Source of the DNA: an uncultured Rhodospirillaceae bacterium
GTDB taxonomy: Bacteria; Pseudomonadota; Alphaproteobacteria; UBA8366
Length of the DNA stretch: 64,000 nt
NCBI GenBank assembly: GCA_913043025.1
Contig: CAJWLM010000002.1
Coordinates: forward strand, 130,355 to 194,354
Direction of reading: 5' to 3'
The translations under genes and the position numbers were made by a program. Below are positions 57,793-64,000 of this stretch, piece after piece (the first letter of the stretch is position 1; each line of letters starts with the position of its first letter). The notes under the pieces were generated by a model. It made no database searches. It saw only the letters and a program-made list of their open reading frames with translations, and was not told the DNA's origin.

Positions 57793-58725
57793 ATGCGTGT
57801 AATTTTATCAAAGCCTCGGGGATTTTGTGCTGGTGTAACTCGAGCCATTGATATCGTTGAATTGGCACTGAAGAAATATGGTCCGCCAGTCTATGTGCGG
57901 CATGAAATTGTTCACAACAAACGAGTTGTTGAAGATTTAAAGGCTAAGGGGGCTGTTTTTGTTGAAGAGCTGGATGAAGTGCCCGATGGCGCGCATACGG
58001 TATTCAGCGCCCACGGCGTGTCCAAGAAGGTAGCCGATGTTGCGGGAACCCGAGATCTTCCTGTCATCGATGCGACTTGCCCGCTGGTTGCTAAGGTGCA
58101 CAAGGAAGGGCAACGATATTCTGCTAAAGATTACGATATTATATTAATAGGACATGAAGGGCACCCGGAAGTTATTGGAACGATGGGCCGCATTCCTGGC
58201 AAAGTCTATTTGGTTTCGACGGCCGAAGACGTTGGCAAGTTGAAAGTGCGAGACCCTGATAAATTGGCCTATGTTACTCAAACGACATTGAGTGTGGATG
58301 ATACTAGAGATGTTATTGAGGCGTTGAAGGTTCGGTTTCCGACTGTTGTAGGTCCCGATGTGAAGGATATTTGTTATGCCACACAAAATCGACAAAGCGC
58401 TGTGCGGGAGCTTGCGGGGCAGGTGGACTTATTGCTTGTGGTTGGGGCTCAGAATAGCTCTAATTCAAAGAGATTGAGCGAAATAGGTAAAGAATTGAAT
58501 GTGCCAAGCTACTTGATTGACGATGCTTCTGCTTTAGATGAAAAATGGTTGGTAGATATTGAAACTGTTGGCATAACCGCAGGCGCATCAGCTCCCGAGA
58601 AACTTGTTCAGGATTTAATTAAACGGTTAGGCGAACTTGTGGATATTGAGGTAGAGGAAGTCGATGGCATCAATGAAAACGTGCAATTTAAGCTGCCAAA
58701 AGAGCTTCGCGAAGCTGCAGCTTAA
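57793..58725 (+). CDS. ispH: 4-hydroxy-3-methylbut-2-enyl diphosphate reductase
   Basis: It has the three cluster cysteines ([25 protein letters not shown]). Length is 310 aa. Confidence 0.95.
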   Translation: MRVILSKPRGFCAGVTRAIDIVELALKKYGPPVYVRHEIVHNKRVVEDLKAKGAVFVEELDEVPDGAHTVFSAHGVSKKVADVAGTRDLPVIDATCPLVAKVHKEGQRYSAKDYDIILIGHEGHPEVIGTMGRIPGKVYLVSTAEDVGKLKVRDPDKLAYVTQTTLSVDDTRDVIEALKVRFPTVVGPDVKDICYATQNRQSAVRELAGQVDLLLVVGAQNSSNSKRLSEIGKELNVPSYLIDDASALDEKWLVDIETVGITAGASAPEKLVQDLIKRLGELVDIEVEEVDGINENVQFKLPKELREAAA

Positions 58726-58806
58726 TTGGTAGTGAAAACACAAATTTATGTTTAAAAACGTTCGATTAACGCGTAATAAGTTCGATTATGGTTTACAGAG
58801 GCTGGC

Positions 58807-60036
58807 ATGTCAGTTCCATTAATACAGCAATATAGAGTGGCTACTTACCTGATTAAACAGCGTTTGTTTGGTCGAAAAAAATATCCCTTGGTATTGATGC
58901 TTGAGCCACTTTTCAGGTGCAACCTCGCTTGCCCAGGCTGCGGTAAGATTGACTATCCAAAACCAATCCTCAACCAGAGGCTTTCATACGAAGATTGTAT
59001 GAAGGCTGTGGACGAGTGTGGGGCACCGATGGTGTCGATACCAGGTGGCGAACCACTTCTTCACAAAGAAATAAAAGAAATAGTAGAGGGCATAGTTTCA
59101 CGGAAAAAATTTGTGTATTTGTGTACAAATGCTTTGTTACTTGAGAAACGATTGGATAAATTTACGCCAAGCCAATATCTGACCTTTTCCGTTCACCTTG
59201 ATGGTCTTGAGGAACATCATGACCATGCAGTTAACCAGGACGGGACATTTCAGAGGGCGGTCAAAGCTATTAAGGAAGCCAAACGCAGGGGTTTCAGGGT
59301 CAACGTTAATTGTACCCTGTTTGATCAAATGACAGCAGGTGAAGCAGCTGACTTTTTTGATTTTGCATCTGATGAATTAGGCGTTGATGCGATTACTGTA
59401 TCGCCCGGGTATGAATATGAACGTGCGCCAGACCAGCAACATTTTCTTTCTCGAAAGAAAACTAAAAATTTATTCCGGGATATTTTCCGGATTGGCAAAG
59501 AAAAAGGCCGGGCGTGGCCATTTAGTGCCTCGCCTCTGTTTCTAAATTTTTTGGCTGGAAATGAAGAGTACCATTGTACACCATGGGGTATGGCCACCCG
59601 TAACGTGTTTGGATGGCAGCGACCTTGTTACCTTCTAGGGGAGGGGTACGCTAACTCCTTCAAAGAGTTGATGGAAGAGACAGAGTGGGATAAATACGGT
59701 ACTGGAAACTACGAAAAATGTGCTAACTGCATGGTGCACAGCGGTTATGAGGCAACAGCAGTTGATGATACCTTTTCTAATCCATTAAAGGCGTTAATGG
59801 TAGCTGTACGCGGTATCAAAACCGAGGGTGAAATGGCGCCTGAAATAGACCTATCGAGCCAACGAGAGGCCGATTATGTCCATGATGAATTGGTCGGTGA
59901 TTTCATGACCAGGCTCGAAGAAGAGGACTCAAAACACGGAGGTGATTTGAAAAAAACACGTGTAAGAGCAGCAATGACACCAAACAATAGTAGCGGCGGT
60001 GGCTCGAGTTCGGAGTCCGACGTTAGAGCAGCGTAA
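58807..60036 (+). CDS. hpnH: Adenosyl-hopene transferase, radical SAM
   Basis: It has the CxxxCxxC motif RCNLACPGCG and sits in the hpn cluster context. The 409-aa protein has a Ser/Gly-rich C-terminal tail. Confidence 0.85.
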   Translation: MSVPLIQQYRVATYLIKQRLFGRKKYPLVLMLEPLFRCNLACPGCGKIDYPKPILNQRLSYEDCMKAVDECGAPMVSIPGGEPLLHKEIKEIVEGIVSRKKFVYLCTNALLLEKRLDKFTPSQYLTFSVHLDGLEEHHDHAVNQDGTFQRAVKAIKEAKRRGFRVNVNCTLFDQMTAGEAADFFDFASDELGVDAITVSPGYEYERAPDQQHFLSRKKTKNLFRDIFRIGKEKGRAWPFSASPLFLNFLAGNEEYHCTPWGMATRNVFGWQRPCYLLGEGYANSFKELMEETEWDKYGTGNYEKCANCMVHSGYEATAVDDTFSNPLKALMVAVRGIKTEGEMAPEIDLSSQREADYVHDELVGDFMTRLEEEDSKHGGDLKKTRVRAAMTPNNSSGGGSSSESDVRAA

Positions 60037-60060
60037 AAATGGCCTGGTGGGCTCATTTTT
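60035..60060. terminator. Bidirectional intrinsic terminator between convergent hpnH and hpnG
   Basis: AAAAATGGCC-tggtg-GGC(T)CATTTTT forms a 10-bp stem with one bulge, an A-run on the left and a T-run on the right. It overlaps both stop codons. Confidence 0.55.
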
Positions 60061-60745
60061 GACATAGAGCACGTAACGAATCTGTAGGAATATCTTTAAG
60101 GGCTCGCATTGCAAGGTTGCTTGTGTAAGCGAGCTTTGCAACTTGTGGTAAAGATCTGGGGTGTTGAATAACCCTTTTTAAAAGAAAAAGTGGAGTAGCC
60201 TTTCCATTTTCGTTTATGCCCGAAAGTGCGATTTCTGGCACGGTATCCTCGGCACTGTCTGCGATTGATCTTAATACAAGAAACGGAATGCCGCGTTTCT
60301 GAGCATAAGCACCAATCACATGACTTTCCATGTCGAGTGCGTGAGCTCCGGTCGCTTGAAATAGTTGTGTTTTTTCACTGGGGCTGGTGATAATTTCATC
60401 AACTCCAAGCTGTAGCGATTGCTCTCTAACGATGGGCCAGTTGTTTGCAACCGAGCGACGCCAGGTATCATCCGTTGGAAAAAAAGCACCCTCAGCGGTG
60501 ACAACAGCTTTAGGCAATAGCACGGAACCTGATCTGAGTTTTGGGTCCATTCCGCCTGCAACACCAAAACTCACAATACCCGTAATTTTATCGTTTTTAA
60601 GATCATCGCACGCAAGAGAAACACGATCTGGACCGGGGCCACTACACTTTATCAAGGGCCGAGAATCTACTCCAACGATGCTACTTGTAGAAGCAATACA
60701 TCTTGCCTCTAATTGCATTCCAGTGATGATTGCGATCTGGCTCAA
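60053..60745 (-). CDS. hpnG: Hopanoid-associated phosphorylase/nucleosidase (PNP/UDP family)
   Basis: 230 aa with a PNP_UDP-like pattern (VSFGVAGG, ALDMESH). A 4-nt overlap joins it to the shc stop. Confidence 0.8.
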   Translation of the reverse strand: MSQIAIITGMQLEARCIASTSSIVGVDSRPLIKCSGPGPDRVSLACDDLKNDKITGIVSFGVAGGMDPKLRSGSVLLPKAVVTAEGAFFPTDDTWRRSVANNWPIVREQSLQLGVDEIITSPSEKTQLFQATGAHALDMESHVIGAYAQKRGIPFLVLRSIADSAEDTVPEIALSGINENGKATPLFLLKRVIQHPRSLPQVAKLAYTSNLAMRALKDIPTDSLRALCQK

Positions 60746-62745
60746 ATGCCGTAAGAGGGAAGTTTAGTGTTTGAGTCACTAAGATTACGGTATCGACTCA
60801 GAGCCCATAGGGGAAAAAAAACACTATAGCCGTGATAACGAAGATAAAATACTCTAGGAAAACCTACAGCATTATAATATTCTTCTTCCCATTTGGCGCC
60901 ATCTCGTGGAGCCTGAAGCAGATACTCGACTCCGCTCTTAACAGCTTTACCGTCAACTTCTCCAGCCGCCATTAAACCAAGGAGAGCCCACGATGTTTGA
61001 GACGGCGTACTAGCTTTACATGTATCTTTGTGATCATGCCAGTAACTCGCACCATCTTCACCCCAACCACCATCGGGGCGTTGTCTAGATGTCAACCATT
61101 CAACTGCCTTTCTTATGTATGGAGCATTCATATCTTCGCCAGCCGCTTGAAGAGCACACAGGGCAGACCACGTTCCGTATACGTAGTTGGTACCCCAACG
61201 ACCAAACCACGATCCATCATCTTCCTGCTCTAGTCGGAGATACTCAATCCCACGTCTTATTGGGTCACTTTTGGGATTAAAGCCAAGCTGGATAAGCATG
61301 CCGATGCAACGTGCTGAGACATCAACAGTCGGTGGGTCAAGAAGCGCACCGTGATCTGCAAATGGTATATGATTAAGCCAATAATGGGTATTATCCGCAT
61401 CAAATGATCCCCAGCCACCATTTTCGCTTTGCATACCAATGATCCACTCGGCTGCTCGGTCAAGGCATTCTTTATACTTAGGGTCTTTTGCTCGTTCTAT
61501 GGACATTGCTGCAACAGAAGTGTCATCAACATCCGGGTAGTGGCTATTCCAATATTGGAATGCCCAACCTCCTGGCCTCAAATCAGGACGAGTGTCCCCC
61601 CAGTCACCAATAACCTCAAGTTCTTGCCGCTCCTGGAGCCATGAAAGTGACCCGTGAGCGGCCTTTATATTAATGTCATCTCCAGTTTCTAATAGGGCTT
61701 GTGCAGATAATGCTGTATCCCAAATCGGGGATAAACACGGTTGGCAGTATGCTATTTCATCCTTGATCACCAGTAATTTATCAATCGCTTTTTTAGCAAT
61801 CAAATACTGTTCACTATTTTTATCTATGCCTAAAGTATGAAACACCATCACAGTATTAGCCATGGCAGGAAAGATACCCCCTAAACCGTCCTCTCCATTA
61901 AGTCGTTCATTCATAAAATTGAGGGCTTTTTCTATCCCTTTTGCCCGAATTTTGCGAGGCATTAAGGGATCAATCAAACGCAGTATTTTATCAACCCAAA
62001 GAAATAAAGTGCCGGCCACGGTTCCGGTCGAATTAGAAAGATAGTTTCTTTCCTGTTCAGGCGGAATGAGAAAAAGCTCCTGAATATCAATACCAAGAGG
62101 ATTTTCTGCTTGGTGTTTGTTAGTCATTAAAATAAGGAGCGGTACTATGACAGTACGGGACCAATAGGAAATCTTTGAAAAGTGAAAGAAGAACCACTTC
62201 GGAAGATGCATGATCTCTACTGGCATAACCGGAACTGCTCTCCACGGCACCTGGCCAAATAGTGCCAACGTGATTCTTGTAAATACGTTGCATTTCGCTG
62301 CTCCGCCCGCATTATGGATTGCTAAACGCGCACGAACCATATGCGGAGATTCTATGTCATCTCCTGCTAGCTTCAATGCAAAATATGCTTTCACACTGGC
62401 ACTAATATCAAAGTTGCCATCGTGGTAAAGAGGCCAGCCACCATGATCAGCCTGGCGCCTCCGCAGATATACCGCGATTTTTTTTTCAAGATCTGGGTCT
62501 ATTTCGTTAATGAAATGACTCAGCAGGATATATTCCGCAGGAATTGTTGCGTCTGCCTCAAGTTCGAAAACCCAATGGCCATCATCGGCTTGCATGTCTC
62601 GGAGGCCTGTAGCTGCCTGTTCTATGATTGTGTTTAATCGATTTTCAAATTCTTTAGGAAAAGGCTTGAATTTACTTTCTGGCGATTTTTTTTCCGAGTC
62701 CGACGTACGGGAACTTACGGACAAATTGTCTGTAAAAGTGTTCAT
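60742..62745 (-). CDS. shc: Squalene-hopene cyclase
   Basis: 667 aa with the catalytic DxDD (PDVDDTS) and multiple QW repeats (DGGWG, DGSWFGRWG). Confidence 0.95.
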   Translation of the reverse strand: MNTFTDNLSVSSRTSDSEKKSPESKFKPFPKEFENRLNTIIEQAATGLRDMQADDGHWVFELEADATIPAEYILLSHFINEIDPDLEKKIAVYLRRRQADHGGWPLYHDGNFDISASVKAYFALKLAGDDIESPHMVRARLAIHNAGGAAKCNVFTRITLALFGQVPWRAVPVMPVEIMHLPKWFFFHFSKISYWSRTVIVPLLILMTNKHQAENPLGIDIQELFLIPPEQERNYLSNSTGTVAGTLFLWVDKILRLIDPLMPRKIRAKGIEKALNFMNERLNGEDGLGGIFPAMANTVMVFHTLGIDKNSEQYLIAKKAIDKLLVIKDEIAYCQPCLSPIWDTALSAQALLETGDDINIKAAHGSLSWLQERQELEVIGDWGDTRPDLRPGGWAFQYWNSHYPDVDDTSVAAMSIERAKDPKYKECLDRAAEWIIGMQSENGGWGSFDADNTHYWLNHIPFADHGALLDPPTVDVSARCIGMLIQLGFNPKSDPIRRGIEYLRLEQEDDGSWFGRWGTNYVYGTWSALCALQAAGEDMNAPYIRKAVEWLTSRQRPDGGWGEDGASYWHDHKDTCKASTPSQTSWALLGLMAAGEVDGKAVKSGVEYLLQAPRDGAKWEEEYYNAVGFPRVFYLRYHGYSVFFPLWALSRYRNLSDSNTKLPSYGI

Positions 62746-62906
62746 GGGATCTATCGACAGAATTGTTACACGTACAACTTTAATATTGCATTTTTGGATT
62801 GTGATGAAGAGTTTCTAAACATCGATAAATCCAATATGATACCTATATAGTCATTTTCTTCTAACATCGAGAGCAAATTCTAGCAATTCTATAGAATATC
62901 AGAAAA

Positions 62907-64000
62907 TCAATTATTTAATATTGAATCTGCTGCCGCATAACCCGACCGTATGGCCCCCTCTATTGTTGCGGGAATGCCTGTGTCAGTCCAATCGCCGGCC
63001 AATTTAAGGTTTGAGATGTCGGTATTGGTTTTGGCACGCAACTTCAATGATTCCGGCGTCTGTGCAAATGTAGCCCTTTTTTCTTTTACAACACGCGCTT
63101 GCTTCGGTGTATTGACATCTAAACCTAATGCACTCGCGACGTCACTCCATGTTAAGTTAATGATTTCTTCGGCCGATTTGCTGACGTGTTTATTCGCGGC
63201 ACTAATTGTTATTGATACAATATCTCCTCGTACAAAAAGCCATTCAGCGGTGCCTCCGATTATTCCAATAAAATTAACAGGTGAATCAGGAGGTTGATGC
63301 AAATTTAATTTGAAATGCACGTTAACGATGGGATTATGCACAGCGGGAAATTTGACTTCCGTCATAAGTGAGCCCGTTATAGAAGCGGGTAGCGCTAAGA
63401 TAACTGCTTCATTTTTGGGTATGCTAACTTTCTGATCAGCAAACACTAAACTCTTAATGTGCTTCATACCCGCACTTTTTTCAATTCTTTTGAGGCGCGA
63501 CCCAAATTTGATTTTTGCCTTATGTTTGGTGAGTAATGTGATCGCAGGGTCAACAAAGCTGTCTGATAAGCCTTTTCTAGCGATCATTGGCCTAGATGCA
63601 TATCCGCCTCGTCCAAATGTTTCAGCAAAAACAGGCCATAAAAGAGATGCCGCGGCTTGATTGGCTGGAGTATTCAAGACTGATACTGCGAGAGGTTCCC
63701 AGTATCTCTCGAAGAGTCGGCCACTTGGGGACAATATCTCTGTGAGTGTCTTATTTGGCGACGCATAAAATAATTTTAGGGCTGAAAGGTAATCAACCCA
63801 TGAGCTGCGAGGGACCCTTCGGTCTGCGCAAAATATCCACCAAGGGATGCGGCCCATATTTGGTCGCACGCTCCAACGCTTGCCGTCGCGGACATCGATG
63901 AACTTAAAGATAGCCTCTTTTGGTCCAACCAATGTATGTTCGGCTCCAATTGTTTTAAGGAACTTAAACACCGCCGTGTTCCCGCTCAACAGCAGGTGAT
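62907..64000 (-). CDS. hpnE: Squalene-associated FAD-dependent desaturase (hydroxysqualene dehydroxylase), N-terminus outside the window
   Basis: The frame stays open to the window edge (..HLLLSGNTAV). The C-terminus is the amine-oxidase type (GDWTDTGIPATIEGAIRSG). The M at 63989 in the track is an internal Leu codon (TTG). Confidence 0.8.
   Translation of the reverse strand, partial: HLLLSGNTAVFKFLKTIGAEHTLVGPKEAIFKFIDVRDGKRWSVRPNMGRIPWWIFCADRRVPRSSWVDYLSALKLFYASPNKTLTEILSPSGRLFERYWEPLAVSVLNTPANQAAASLLWPVFAETFGRGGYASRPMIARKGLSDSFVDPAITLLTKHKAKIKFGSRLKRIEKSAGMKHIKSLVFADQKVSIPKNEAVILALPASITGSLMTEVKFPAVHNPIVNVHFKLNLHQPPDSPVNFIGIIGGTAEWLFVRGDIVSITISAANKHVSKSAEEIINLTWSDVASALGLDVNTPKQARVVKEKRATFAQTPESLKLRAKTNTDISNLKLAGDWTDTGIPATIEGAIRSGYAAADSILNN

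Larger units (their letters stand above)
52864..64000. other. Hopanoid biosynthesis/transport gene cluster (cyclophilin-like, hpnM | hpnN, hpnA, ispH, hpnH | hpnG, shc, hpnE...)
   Basis: Contiguous hpn genes are identified above. The cluster continues past the right window edge, where hpnD and hpnC are expected. Confidence 0.85.

Noticed and set aside
62875-62897. ATTCTA direct repeat whose second copy forms a perfect 12-bp palindrome ATTCTATAGAAT between hpnE and shc.
   Set aside because: About fifteen perfect 12-bp palindromes are expected by chance in 64 kb, and more in AT-rich spacers. There are no supporting copies elsewhere in the window.

Overview
This is a gene-dense (about 60 CDS), moderately AT-rich chromosomal segment. 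The gene content looks alphaproteobacterial: a glnB-glnA pair, a cbiG-cobJ fusion, a ligase-associated lhr-pdeM pair, an hpn hopanoid cluster and an omega-amino-acid:pyruvate aminotransferase. That taxonomic call is inference only, because no rRNA is present. By eye I found no rRNA, tRNA, CRISPR array, transposase, integrase or phage structural gene, so this is not an obvious mobile or defence island.

Blocks in order:
- 0-8.2 kb: end of a TctA transporter gene, then a Cys-type sulfatase, an amidohydrolase, PhyH- and TauD-type Fe(II)/2-oxoglutarate dioxygenases, a beta-hydroxyacid dehydrogenase and an anion permease.
- 8.7-16.5 kb: cobalamin corrin-ring genes (cobA, cbiD, cobK, cobM, cbiG-cobJ, cobI, cobL, cobH).
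- 16.5-19.7 kb: pdeM and a DExH helicase, directly abutting cobH.
- 19.7-28.9 kb: nitronate monooxygenase, LLM oxidoreductase, a thiolase/DUF35 pair, two tandem glyoxalase I paralogs, a truncated gene remnant, panE, a Sel1-repeat protein, an ABC-F ATPase and a TraR/DksA zinc finger.
- 29-34 kb: an AT-rich orphan gene, a split MFS + spermidine-synthase-like pair, a metallophosphoesterase/GIY-YIG/GNAT array and a NIPSNAP-like protein.
- 34.4-52.9 kb: C3-sulfonate genes (two Ldh2-family dehydrogenases, split sulfopyruvate-decarboxylase-like comDE, a phosphosulfolactate-synthase-like comA) interspersed with glnBA, a BisC-like molybdoenzyme, map, sfsA, a CoA-transferase, GGT, a PrpD-like protein, queC, pta and a class III aminotransferase.
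- 52.9-64 kb: hopanoid cluster (hpnM, hpnN, hpnA, ispH, hpnH, hpnG, shc, partial hpnE) with a coupled cyclophilin-like gene.

Best candidates for something undescribed:
- A dispersed ComA/Ldh2/ComDE gene set with no ComB, xsc or suyAB in the window.
- The hpnM-cyclophilin-like coupled pair.
- The split form of the fused MFS/spermidine-synthase family.
- The AT-rich orphan gene.

All family calls are by-eye motif recognition and need HMM or BLAST confirmation. I saw nothing I can defend as a complete new system from sequence alone.
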